DNA of 64,000 bases from Styela clava. Its lineage: Eukaryota. Under the pieces are notes generated by a model. The model was not told the origin of the DNA, searched no databases, and saw nothing but the letters and a program-made list of their open reading frames with translations. The stretch spans positions 17,050,001-17,114,000 of the forward strand of contig NC_135253.1 in assembly GCF_964204865.1 (NCBI RefSeq). Reading direction: 5' to 3'. Of the stretch, positions 1-12,600 are shown one piece after another; the stretch's first letter is position 1; each line of letters begins with the position of its first letter. The translations under genes were made by a program, and so were the position numbers.

Positions 1-59
1 GTATACGTACTTGCATTTATTATAACTACTGAAGGAATGTGATGATTAACATTGATGAT

Positions 60-480
60 AGGCAAACGCCATGCTTTTATAACGTAATATATAATATTAT
101 GACGTCACAAATACAAAATTAATCGCGTATGACTGCCAGACAGCAAATACAGAGGTAAATTAAACATGTTTTTAACATTCTTTCCGAATTCAAAACGTCT
201 TTGCAAACTATCTATCACGTGTTTACTTTACCCTCATTGGTCGCTTCACGATGAACATGCTAGATGGCAGGGTTAAATGAAAAAATTTGTTGCGCGCGTT
301 GCGTTATTTTAGGGATAATACTCTTATTTTTCAATAATTTTTAATAGTCTCCGTCGTCGTCTGAAGAGGAATGTCACTTTCGCTTGGGTTGAGATTTCGA
401 CGATTTTCTGAATGTGGGAAACCATTGTTACCGCGAAGACGAATGCTTGAAACATTCCTGCATTGCGTAAAAATCTGGTA
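60..480 (+). promoter_or_regulatory. CpG-rich promoter / non-coding leader region upstream of CHTF8-FNTB
   Basis: CpG density is high relative to gene bodies. CRE palindrome TGACGTCA at 100-107; donor-like sites gag|gtaaat (~154) and ctg|gtaatg (~477). Confidence 0.45.
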
Positions 481-612
481 ATGAGAGGCAAATTAATTAA
501 AGGCTAACGACAGTCTGGGCTAATAATATCATGTGTTTTGTGTGGGAAAGAAAAAAATGCTTTTCACTTAAAGATGTAAACCTCATACCGAATGTAACTC
601 GCTTAAGAATTT

Positions 613-1065
613 GGGTCTGGTATAGTTTAGTACCACATGTACTTCTAGTTGACCTGGCTCAACAATTTTTGCATATGTCAATCCTAACCCCCACCTGACT
701 ACGTCACCGAAAAATTACGTCATTTCGACGTCACAGTGGCGTAATAAGGCCCACCGAGTATGCGGATGGTCGTCCAAAACGCGCAGACGATCACCCGAAA
801 TAGAGCAAGCGCTTTCTCCCGTTTTCTCGTCACAACGATCACGATAGGAAAGAGATCACCGGCTTTAGCAAGTTCGTTATCGGCGGCGAAGATGAAATTT
901 CAGGCGATCGTAATTATACTTTGGCAATCCCTATGACGTGATGGTGACATCGTAGTGATGTAATTTTTGGATGGCATAGTCAGGTGGGGGTTAGGAATAT
1001 CATATGCAAAATTCGTTATGCTACGTCCACAGGAAATACTTGTGGTACTAAACTATACTAGACCC
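613..1065. mobile_element. MITE with long TIRs, GG..CC ends and 8-bp TSD (Merlin-like)
   Basis: TIR GGGTCTGGTATAGTTTAGTACCACA..TGTGGTACTAAACTATACTAGACCC, with imperfect symmetry extending >100 bp. Perfect TSD AAGAATTT at 605-612 and 1066-1073. Confidence 0.9.
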
Positions 1066-1678
1066 AAGAATTTTATCATTGCTGCATTAAATAAAGCAAT
1101 ACAACATGGAAGCTAAGTTCAGCTGCAAAATTTTGAAATTATACTGATGCTGTTATAAAAATCTGAACATTCTGTCTTTTGCACAAATTCACGATAAGTT
1201 ACAATTAGATAATGAGTGAATGTTTGAAACACATCACCCGAAAATAATGCAAAATATCACTTTCGTCCCATCAGTTAGAATGGCTGGTTAGATACCAAAT
1301 CTGTAAAAAAATAAAGATATTCTTTATCCACATATGCATGGGGTGCATTCTGGACATTTAAAGACGTTTAAAAACTTTGCTGCAGAAATTAACTACATTA
1401 TTACAGACATATTATGTCTGTATGTGTAATGAAGTGGATATGTAGATAAATACCAGACTGTTGTTTTCAATTATAACTCTCAACTCATTATTACAGCAGA
1501 TATCAGTTTTTAGTACAGTAGTACTTGTATATCAGTATATAAAGAAGTTGCTAGTCTAGAAGGCTTTTTGTTCATTGAGCGAGTTTCGTATTCATATATT
1601 CGAGCATTGCTCTCTTGTTTCACAATTTATTTGAATGCTATCATTATGTTTAGTGCTTAAATAAATAAATACATCATA

Positions 1679-2038
1679 ATGGTACAAATAGTAATTCGTA
1701 AATCCGATGGAATGGAGGAATGGTTTATGATTGAGTTACAAGGTGAACTTGTATCAAGATACGATAACGGCCTATCAGGCAATGTACTTGGTGATTTACA
1801 TTTCTCAAAAACTGGCGAACCAGTTATGATAATCGGTCATCATATGTTGCAAGGAAAAGTAACAGACTTGGATAAACCATTTGGAGTTATGTTCGAATCA
1901 AAACAAAATAATTGTGAAATTGATGAGGATGAAATTGAAGCAAGCAAATCATATGAGATAAAAGCAATTATTAAAAGGAAAATCATTTTTAAAAATCGTC
2001 CAAAGCCTATTATTACACGTGTGCCAAAGAGAGTATGA
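1679..2038 (+). CDS. CHTF8: Chromosome transmission fidelity factor 8 (Ctf18-RFC subunit), single coding exon
   Basis: [51 protein letters not shown] is the Ctf8 family signature. Acceptor tttag at ~1653; AATAAA at ~2504 and ~2612. Confidence 0.95.
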   Translation: MVQIVIRKSDGMEEWFMIELQGELVSRYDNGLSGNVLGDLHFSKTGEPVMIIGHHMLQGKVTDLDKPFGVMFESKQNNCEIDEDEIEASKSYEIKAIIKRKIIFKNRPKPIITRVPKRV

Positions 2039-2804
2039 ATTGTATTCTGGTTTCAACTGTATTTAAGTTGGTGGGACTCTGGTCTGCGGGTAATTGACTC
2101 ATCTTGAGTTGGTCTTGGTTCACCAGGATTCAAAGTTACTCAAGTCATGTAAATGGAATGATTTCAACTGTGTTTCAGTAGAATATTAGGGGGGAGCATG
2201 TTCATAAGCATGCGCCAAATTACTTGTATTTTATAGTGATTGAGCTGTATTCCTGATTGGGATTGTTTAATGATAAAATGTTGGGTAGCGGATATTTTCA
2301 ACCTCATAATTTCACCATTTTATTTATTCATATTTATTAGAAATGTGTGAATTTGAAAAACATGTAGTATTCCTTAGTATTTGTATATATTTTTACAAAT
2401 ATACTGTTGCGTAATCTGTATATTCTTTTTCTTTTCTTTATGATAACACAAATCTTTAAGTGGAGATTGTCATTTATAGTTTGGAGTTGCTATTCAATTC
2501 CTTAATAAAATATTGTTTTATTATGGGAAATTACGATTAATGTATTCTATCGAATTTTGGATGAATGTGAGATATCATAATCATATTTTTGAATTTATTC
2601 TCAATGTATAGAATAAACATATTTCCCACTTTGTATATTCTTTTTGCATTGAATTTTTTACAATGAATTCAAGGGCATCTTTTGTTTGTATATAAATTTC
2701 CCTTCAAATGCCATAAGTGCTAAATACCTTCAGCAATCATATTTTCATATCACATTTTTTTTCATCTAAGATTGAGCAGGTTAGCATATTAACACAGTTT
2801 CACT

Positions 2805-5800
2805 ATGGAAGTGGGTGAAATACCACTTCGACAATTGACACCAGCTGATTTTTTTGATGACGAAGGCACTCCGACTAAAACCACTGTTGAGCAAGTTGGT
2901 AACATTTATATTTTTGTATTATAAATACGTCTTTAATAGAAATGATAGTAATTTTTGCATATTTTTTTACAGCAAAGAGTAGAAGAAAGTGTTTTGAGAA
3001 AATTGAAGGATTTTGAAGATTTTTCTGATCTTGAACCAGGGTAACTTGTTCTGCATGTTATTTTTTTTATCTGTGAATGGTAGTATGGACCAGGAGTGAT
3101 AAAAATTGAAGAATTTGTCATTTCAAATACATTTTTAATTATATATATTCAATGACAGAAAATTCTCATTACAGAATAGATTTGGTGATACAGAAGCGCT
3201 GGGATAGACAATGTTTTGATTGATAATATTCAGGATATTTTAATTTTTTTCGACAAATAAATTCCAATGTCAAACGTAATTTCGGTATAGAGATTTTAGT
3301 GTCGAATCGGTATCAATTGCCCCAATATTTATTTTATTTTTGAATAAACAGTTTCATAATTTTGACTACATTCCCACAAATTCAAATAGTATAAGTAAAT
3401 TCATTCATCCATAAATTCATATTCAGGATATTTTATGTGACCCATGTTGTTGTTCTTGACAAGTGGCATATATTATTAGGTTAGCGATTCTAGGCAACGC
3501 TTTTCCCATATCTTCTATTGTGCAAATCCTCAAATGCTATTTTTTACACTTTAGTTTCAAATTTATAAAACACATCATTATTGAAATAATGTTGATGCCA
3601 ATCATTGTGTGATTCAGTAACAATCAGCAAATTTCGTTTGATATCGACTTTGTGCTGTTTCAACTTTGCTTCTTTCCACATAGAATTCATTTAAAAAGAG
3701 ATGATCATCTTCCATATTTGCTGAAAGGCTTGGAAAGATTATCTGAAGGATATGAGGTAAAATTTTCATTTTTTTTCGATTTCTATATTTTTGCGCATAT
3801 TGAGATATGTTAAAAATAATTTGAGTGAGAATTAAAAAATATTGATTTTTATGTATAAATAGTTAATATTTCAATAGTAATTTTTATATATGATTTCTAG
3901 TGTTTGGATGCAAGTCAACCATGGTTATGCTACTGGATAGTTCACAGTTTATCCTTACTAGGACATGAGCTGTCTGAACAACAAAAAAGCAGGTAATGTA
4001 TTGTTGAACATAATTACAATTTGACACATTATACCAGGCTAAGCTCAGATTCAAGTCTGGAAAATCTTATGTAAACAATATCATTCTATTTATAGTTTTC
4101 AAGTACTGTGTATCCTCGTATATAAACCAATTTCGCATGTAAGCTGACCCCCTAAAAACGGCCCTAAAATGGAAGCGCAGTTCTTACCGCTTCATGGCAG
4201 CTCCTGCCACGAACGAACCGCGGCAGCTCTTGCCATGGTTTTATAGCGCTATTCAGTAATCAGTATTAACGGTATATTCACAAACTAATGTACCAAATTT
4301 TATTTGATCATGCGGAATTTTATCTACTCAAACCCTAACCCCGAATCCATCAAAACTGTATTTATAAGAAAAACTTTCCAACTTACCCAATATTTGTTAC
4401 CATAAGGGACAGCCTTGTCTTTACGGACCACCTGCCGTGGTTACGGCGGCAAAATGTTACCTGCCATTGGTTTTCAATTTGCTGCCGCGGTAACGGCAGC
4501 TCGTCATTGGTTTGTGGCAGCTAAAAAGTCAGTCGTCATAGGTTTGGCCATAGCGGCCATGGTATGGAAATACCGCCATGGTTTTGCGGCAGCTGCAGGC
4601 GCCACAGAATACTTAAAACTGCACTTGCTAAAATGGTGATTTTATAAAATTCGCATATAAGCCAACCATACAAATCGTAACATGCTGTACGAGTTGTAGC
4701 TGTTGGAATTGAGTTAGCATACTGTCATTTAGTTTGAGTGCAATCAGAGTTATGTGAGTATAAGCTAACCTTTTAGTGCGCTCAGAGTTATGCGCATATA
4801 AGCCGAATTTTTAGTGCGATCAGAGTTATGAGCGTCTAAGCCGACCCCTTGGTTTGACAACTTTTTCTTTGAGTTTTGAACTCTGCTTATATGCGAGGAT
4901 AAGTTTGTTGAATCAAAACCATGGTCGTTATGTAAGGGCAAATTAAAGATTATGTGTTATATGCGCATTTCAGATATATTTTCAATACAATTTAAATCAA
5001 TGGTCAATTGCCGTTACTCACTTTTTTTGAGATTATAATTCTATGACATTTCTTATTTATTTATTGTTGGTATTTGATTTTAGTGTTGTCAAGTTTCTTG
5101 AAAAGTGTCAGAGCCCAACCGGTGGCTACGGAGGTGGCCCAGAGCAATTTGCCCATCTCGCACCAACTTACGCTGCCGTCAATTGTCTTTGTATTATTGC
5201 AACAGATGAAGCATATGAAAGTATTAATAGGTAACGTCGTTATATTTCAACCGTTCGTTTCAACAACAGTTTTTTTTCTAATTTTCATGTTTTGTTGTCA
5301 GGGAGAAGCTTCTGTATTTTCTGTTTCAAATGAGACAAAATGATGGGAGCTTCACAATGCATGAAGGTGGAGAAAGTGATACAAGAAGTTTATATTGTGC
5401 TATATCTGTTGCATCTTTGACAGGCCTCGATGAAATAGCTGGAGAAAGCTTGTTTGCTGGATCACCACAGTACATTGTTAGGTATTGTTATTCATTTTAC
5501 TTACTTTATCTATTTGATTGGACCACCATATCAATATTTTCAATTACTTTTATTCTCACACAAATTAGTTGGCTTGTTTGGGTAAATACAGGAAGAATAT
5601 TCACTATTCGAATGCTAATTGTCATATAGGGATTGACTGTTTGAATCCTGTTTGGAATGTTCATTTGTAAGATAACTGCCAGTCAATGGTAATAGCTATG
5701 CATTATTTCTAACAACACTCGACTACTTTTTCATTAGTATGCAAATAATGTCTATTTTTCAGTTGCCAAACATATGAAGGGGGAATAGGAGGATGTCCTG

Positions 5801-7664
5801 GTGCTGAAGCTCATGGAGGCTACACATTTTGTGGATATGCCGGTCTTGTTATACTTGGCCACGAAAAATTAATCGATACTGATAGAATGTTGAGATGGCT
5901 CGTTAATAAACAAATGAGAATAGAAGGAGGATTTCAGGTTTGATGAGTTTTTGTTTCCTGAAATTTACACTGGCATTGATCTGATATTCCAGTGTTTCGC
6001 AATCAATGGGCTCATAGCCTGGTGTCCGAGAAGGCCACTGACCAAGGTGAAAAAGTGTTTAGGATAAGTGAGGTGACTATGAATTGTATCATAAAATATT
6101 CTTGAAAAATTCTTGAACTGTTATGAATGAATTCCCTTTGTTGCTTATGCGTTACATTAAACAGCATGCCATTGTTTTGCAACAATGTTATTTATGTCTC
6201 TGATTGTCTCTACTCTAACTCTACTGCTAAGCTAAAATCAGTTTCAAGTTTTCTGCTTTAGAATAATATGTGTTTGCTTTATAACTACGGTACATAGATT
6301 ACCATGATATGAGATAGTGGGCCATGTTGCACTTTCATTAACTCATTATGGGTCATGTAAGAAAAATGGCTGGGTAGCTCTGTTTTCGAATTTTTCGCTT
6401 TCCTAAATTAACTTGAATATATTTTTCAGGGTCGTACAAATAAACTAGTCGATGGTTGCTACTCATTCTGGCAAGGAGGAGTCTTCCCTTTGATTCAAAA
6501 TACTTTATTAGCAGAAGGATGCAAATCATTGGTTTGTTGAAATTTTTTTTTACAATTCTAGAAGTGTCTTACTGACTAATGTAGGCTACTTAAAATTAAA
6601 TTGTTTTTTTTTGCAGTGTAAACACAACTGGTTATTCAATCAACAAGCACTTCAAGAATATTTGTTGATAAGTTGTCAGAGTAGATTTGGTGGCTTAATT
6701 GACAAGCCTGGAAAGTGAGTATCATGTTGTAGAAAAACAAAACCAATTATAGACTTTCCATCATGTAAAGATATATCAATTATTTTATGCCTCAACATTA
6801 TGAATATATTATCGCTAATGAAAACATATCTAACACGAAAAATCTTTGGCATAAAAGATAAAATACTCATTGAGATAATAGTATAAAATGGTTTTAGTTG
6901 CAATATATAAATAATGATTCCGATATTTTATGGTAATTATAGACTGCGCAACGTAAGCAAGTCCATTAGAAACCTCTTTTTGTTTCAGATCTCCAGATTA
7001 CTATCATACATGTTATTGTTTGAGTGGTTTAACAATTGCACAACACCCTCCTGATTTATCAAATTTAATTATCGGTGAACATGCAAATAATTTGGTAAGA
7101 ATTTTTGTTTTCCTTTTATTGTTCTAAATCTGCCAATACATTGCTCTCTAAAACGCTTGGGGTGATTTGTTGACAAATGATCTCCAAATATGCTGCTGCA
7201 TGACTCCTGAGTCCTAGTGTAAGAGTGTTAGACTTGTAGAATCATTCAATTAAATGACCAAGACTCAAAAAATCGAATACCACTACAGCTTCCAACCAAA
7301 TTTTGACCATGATTCATTATTGCCATGTTTTGTTTGAAATTTTGGGTTATTCATGCTAATCTCCAAACCGCAGAGCTGTTAGTACAAATTCAAATTCTGC
7401 ATAGTTTAGATGGCCCAGGATGCTATTAACAGTCTCCATTGTGTGTAAGAATTACTTCCAATACAATTTTTAGTATTTTGAACTCCAAGGTTGGCGTTAT
7501 CATTGTTTTTTTCCTCCAAAGTATTTAGAATCCTAATGTTTAATTATCAGGTGCCGACACATCCAGCATATAACATAGAGTGGGAATATGTCACAAAAGC
7601 AAATGAATATTTCACCAAACGACCATTAAAGTTATCGGATGAAATGCAGAAAACAAAGAAATGA
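2805..7664 (+). CDS. FNTB: Protein farnesyltransferase beta subunit; exons approx 2805-2894, 2973-3040, 3684-3756, 3901-3992, 5084-5230, 5302-5481, 5763-5937, 6430-6531, 6617-6714, 6990-7094, 7551-7664
   Basis: Motifs CLDASQPWLCYWIVHSL, GGYGGGPEQFAHLAPTYAAV, EAHGGYTFCG, GRTNKLVDGCYSFWQG, GGLIDKPGK, DYYHTCYCLSGL and PTHPAYNI. GT-AG introns; AATAAA at ~7754. Confidence 0.95.
4172..4627. mobile_element. Nested MITE with 8-bp TSD (hAT- or P-like)
   Basis: TSD CTAAAATG at 4164-4171 and 4628-4635. TIR gAAGcGCAGTT..AACTGCACTTG; GC-rich subterminal GGCAGC/CCATGG repeats. Confidence 0.75.
4733..4848 (+). repeat. Three tandem ~39-bp units
   Basis: TTTAGTGCGATCAGAGTTATG..TAAGCCGA occurs three times with substitutions. 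Confidence 0.8.
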
Positions 7665-7998
7665 TATTTTAAATCAATCATGTCTTCTTCCCAGACTACT
7701 GCTTGTGGTTCACCATATCATATACTATTCTATTAAATCAATTCTAATTATGAAATAAAATTTACAAACAAATTAGGATTAAAAAACTGTACTGAAAGAA
7801 CATTTCATTTTCCGCTCCTCAAGTTATTAAACTCAATCAGGAATACGGTACCTTAGCTAAATCTGTGCTACTTTCCATGATATAGTTGACTGTTATAACT
7901 TCCTTGGGGGCTAGTATATGTAACATTAAATAGAGTTATGTCACCAAACAGAGAAAATCATATTTCATTCCACATACCATGATGCCGACTGAAACTTT

Positions 7999-8184
7999 GA
8001 TACCATTGATTGTGTGTACCAGGTTAGGCCATAATTTTATTCCAATTACAAATTTGGGGACTGTCTTTGTCAGCCAAATCTGCCCATAGAATAGCATAGG
8101 TTTCAGTCCTTACACACAACTTGATGTAAAGTAGGCGAAGAAAATTAATTACCTCCATATTGGTACACACAATTCTGCAGCGCC
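7999..8184 (+). mobile_element. Family-A ~200-bp MITE (Merlin-like)
   Basis: Shares the body GTGTACCAGGTTAGG..GGGACTGTC..CACAACTTGATGTAAAGT..ATTGGTACACAC with other copies in the window. Perfect TSD GAAACTTT at 7991-7998 and 8185-8192. Confidence 0.88.
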
Positions 8185-8554
8185 GAAACTTTTTTGGAGC
8201 AAATAAATTAGAGCAGGGTTATCGTTAAATATTTGTTTTACTCGTCATCATTTTATAACCACATATTCATCATTGTGAATGAGGGCTATTTTTAAGCTAA
8301 AGATTGCATAACGAATTGGCCATGTTATTCTGTATATCTTGTAAGTGCTTCCCCTTTCGTTACATGTCAACCATCAAGTTAATAACTACAGTGTAATCTT
8401 TTACTTGAATGACCACTCAGATTTTACATCTTGTTTCAAAATAAGGGGAAATTGTGGTGAGATTACCAATAGTAAATTGAGCATTTTCAACTTCTTGGAG
8501 ACGTGCACTAGAATCAGATAAAATAACCAAGCTTAGTTATTTTGTTCTATAGGT

Positions 8555-8813
8555 CAGTGATTCTTTTCAAAATCGCCCCTGGTGAAGTGGGCAGGGCAAA
8601 AGGGTAGCTGTGGTTCATTCGGGTCCGAATTATTGCCAAAGTGACCAAAATCCGTCAGTTAAAGATCACCAAGCTCAATATGTTTAATTGATTTGAAATT
8701 AATTTTTCCTGGCAACTTGACATTTTCTTGTATTGCTGAGGAGGCGATGTTGATATATAGAGTGCTGTGAGGAGGCAACTGGCCGATGTTGCATAAAAGT
8801 TTGAAAAACATAG
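8555..8813. mobile_element. hAT-type MITE
   Basis: Ends CAGTGATTCTTTTCAAA..TTTGAAAAACATAG; TSD CTATAGGT/CTTTAGGT (7/8). Confidence 0.65.
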
Positions 8814-9615
8814 CTTTAGGTAAGCAGATTCACTGCATTGAGTGTGCTACGCATGCCTGAGAAAAGCCAGAATGAGGGTTCATTTAGCTACTCCAGTAGA
8901 ATTTCAGGAGCTGAAAAGGAATTGACCCTACTGTTGTCAGCACTCAGCATTACCTAAAATAGATAATTCAGTATACATGTTTCGAAGATAGCTGAAAGAT
9001 ACTTCCTTGTTTGTTTTCATACTCTTCACAACATATTGATGTTGCACAATACCTCCTTGGGCCGTAGCAATAAAAAGCAAAGACGAATTATTTTCATTAT
9101 GAAATCCTAATTTTTAGTTATAAACCTTACTATCCAGTATCCAAGCCCTACAAGAAACACATCAGCAAATCATAGTAGAAGGATTTGCTGTTGCGTTTCT
9201 TGCCATCTGTTCACCTATACCTCTTTAGTCTACACTTTGCTGAAGGCCCCTCGTACAAATGTAAGCAACATAGGAGTTTAGCATAATATTTACTATTTAG
9301 CCAAATTGAGAATAAATAGAACAATAAATCAAAGGTTTGGAACTAATTATGTATAACCAACAGACTGCTTTGTGTATTTAAAATGAAAGGTAATGTTTTA
9401 AACCACGTGGAACTAGTGGTAGAAATAGTTGAGACTTGTGGGGTATTCGATAGACATCTGGCGATTATGGAACTGTTAATAAAAAATTTGACGACAGATA
9501 AAAAGTATTCTGCACAAGCATTAGACTTTTCATGGGCAATATTCATTTACTTGAAACTCGTGCCATAACACATTGGTATATAATATATATTAAATGAATA
9601 AACACATTCTTCATC

Positions 9616-12600
9616 TCAAAGCAGCATTGTGGTTGGATTCTCTATATATTTCTTGAAATGTTGAAGCCACTGTGCACCAACTGCTCCATCAACAACTCTG
9701 TGATCACAACTTAGTGTGACAGACATCAATGTGACTGCAGACACCCTGTGAAAAATTACAATTTATGTTACAATTAGGAGTGAGAATCATTTTTCAACTT
9801 AAATTAACTTCAGCTTCTGGGTTAGGTTTTGTGAAAATACTAGCCATTATAAAAAAATAAATCTAGTCCAATTATGACCTCATACATCAGTGTATTTCAT
9901 GCAGTGCTTTCGAAACTGACATTGGTTGGGGAAACAATTAAAGTGATCAGACTGAAATACCTAGCTCGTATAAACTGAGTAATTGTGTGTTTTATACTGC
10001 TGTACTAAATGAGCACAGTCACTTTCTGATAATTTCCCAGGAGTGTTATTCATACACCTGGATTGATTACAAAACACTGCATAGAATGACTCGTACACTT
10101 TTTCGGTCTCCTTCGAATAGATCAGGCTTAAAGAGAAAATTGTGGGAAAAAAACAAATATGATAATCTGCTTGGAATATTTTCAGCCAATATATTATGAT
10201 TTAGTACTAATCAGAAAAAAAAAATACATTCTTTCAAAGAGTTGGCAAATCAAACTTACCCTGTTTCTGAATTTTTATCTGGTACACATTCTTCCCTTGA
10301 TCTTCCTACTGCAAGTATGCAAGACTGTGGTGGATTTATAATTGCTGTGAAGTCTTTAATTCCAAACATTCCAAGGTTACTGATTGTAAACGTCCCGCCC
10401 TGTTAATAATATTGCGCACATGAGGACAATCAATGTAACCATAACAGAATATCAATATCAGCATACCTTAACCTAAAAGTATTGACCAGAACTGTGGAGT
10501 TTGGGAAAACATCAGACTCCCAAATTTTAGCCATTTAACAAACAGCTCTGACTCCTATTTCGAACAAGGAAGTTTTGGCTCCAGATCTTGACTATAAAAA
10601 CTTTGAAATACGCAAGGTGTCTTTAATGGTGCTTAAACAAGAACTTCATTAACTACAACAAAAATTTTGATTTGAAACTTCGACTACTCTGATTAGAAGT
10701 TAATTGTCTGACGGGTCTGAGGATGGGTGAAAATACAGCTCCGAATCCATAGCTCTGGTCAGATGCAAGAATTTGATGTTGGAGCAAGCTGTAACCGGAC
10801 AATGAGCCATCCCGCAATCCTTTATCACAGGATCTCAAACAGTGAATCCACGCACAGCAATAAGTTTTGAGATAAGCGTTTTCCCAATCTCTGATGTGCC
10901 TACCATTTAGCCCAATGATTTAAATAGAGAGTTTGCATTTTCTAAATCAATTACAATTATTGAAACTTGGATAATTTGTGACATCAACTTACTATAAACT
11001 CTTGCGGCTGTAATTTTCCATCTCTGGCTTTCCGAGCGAGTGCAGAAACATCCTGAGATATCGATCCAAGTCCTTTTGTATGTGCATTGAACACGATAGG
11101 TGTGATCAATCCAGTATCTGTACTTACTGCAACACTTACATCTACATTGTTGTATCTGAATGAAAAAAACACAGTTTACAATGAGTCACAACCGAAGATG
11201 AAAAGTCACTATCGAATATATTTGAATTGAACATTTGTAATATATAGAAGAAACAGTTTACTCAAGAACTTGACGAGCAATACAACTTCAAGCTGTACCA
11301 CGAAAGAAATTTTCATAAACTAACATAAGCATGAATTATTCTTTTTCTCAGACAAATCTACTCAAAAAATGAAGCTAATAAAAAGTCAATATTCATGCAC
11401 AATCAGTGGTAACGATATAGCAAAGCCAACGTCCAGAATATCACAACAAACTTCAGCAGGGCAATTGCTCGTATAATTACTTCTCATGGGTTGGTCATGT
11501 TTGACTATGAATTATGCATAGTCTGTGTATTAGTAGAATCAGACTCACTGTCTTATAAAGGTATCTTGCCATGATGAATTCACTTCTGGAACTTTCAAAC
11601 ATGAAAGAGATGCAGCTTTGATCACAAAATCATTCACTGACAACTTGACTGAAAAATAAAGCACATAGTTTGAAAATTACAATTTAGGACAGAGTAAACT
11701 AAACATGCTGTGTAAATATACAAACATACATGGAAATATCAAAATGGGTTCAGCACCAGTTTATTAGTGTTTCCCTTAGATTTCATTATATGCAAACACT
11801 TTAATCAACTCGCCCAAGCGCATTGTACTACATGTAATCATTCCTTGTTAAGTTGTTTTGGGAGTCTGTTGATGTTATATACGTTCAATATTATTGGTCA
11901 CATAGGACTGACTTGTGTATTGTATTTGGGGTAAAGAATCGTTCCAGGATCTAATAATATTCATTCTTACTGGGGTAGCCATTCACTGTTACAGCATTCA
12001 ACCGCCAGCAGTGTAAGAACATGAAATTGAAGGAAAAACATTTCAGATATCTCTAGATCAATGCAGAATATAATATATCCTACAAATAGCCCTGATGACT
12101 TTGTACATTCTCACCTTCTCCACCAGCATTGAATTCTTTTCTTAGTGCTGTTAATTTTGCCATGTTACAATCAATCGTTAAATAATAATGTGGAATAGTT
12201 TGCTTTGATTCGATCAGTCTCTTAGCTGTTGTCTAAAATGAAAAAATAATAAAATAAAAAAATTGAATAAAGCCTTTCAAAATATTTTATTCCCAAACAA
12301 ATTGTCATAAACAAAGTTAAAATAATATATTAGTGTTTGGTTATTCATAGTCACAAACGCGATGCTAATGAGCGAGCCGCTGTCTCGACTAATATGTAGG
12401 AGGCGCTCGATCGAGGAGTGATGCCAGACGGGCAAGACTAGTGAAGGTTGGCTATGAAATTTACAATAAAATCATAATAAATGAGTCTTTTAATGTAATA
12501 ATAGTCAATATAGCAAATTAAAATTATTGAGAGGTCATAAAAACTTATGAAAATGAATACAAAACTTGAGTTTTCATTTCCAGCACACCAGGCAATGAGC

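Larger units (their letters stand above)
4106..4902. mobile_element. Tc1/pogo(Tigger)-like MITE in an FNTB intron, interrupted by a nested element
   Basis: Left end TA|CTGTGTATCCTCGTATATAA; right end CTTATATGCGAGGATA is inverted and eroded. Confidence 0.55.

Noticed and set aside
1679-2770. DERPC-like alternative-frame product, as at the human CHTF8 locus
   Set aside because: No long Pro/Gly-rich ORF overlaps or follows CHTF8 here.
4415-4639. 74-aa Ala-rich ORF
   Set aside because: Lies in the GC-rich subterminal repeats of the nested MITE.
5990-6382. Possible hAT MITE
   Set aside because: Ends are eroded and no TSD was found, so it was not listed as a feature.
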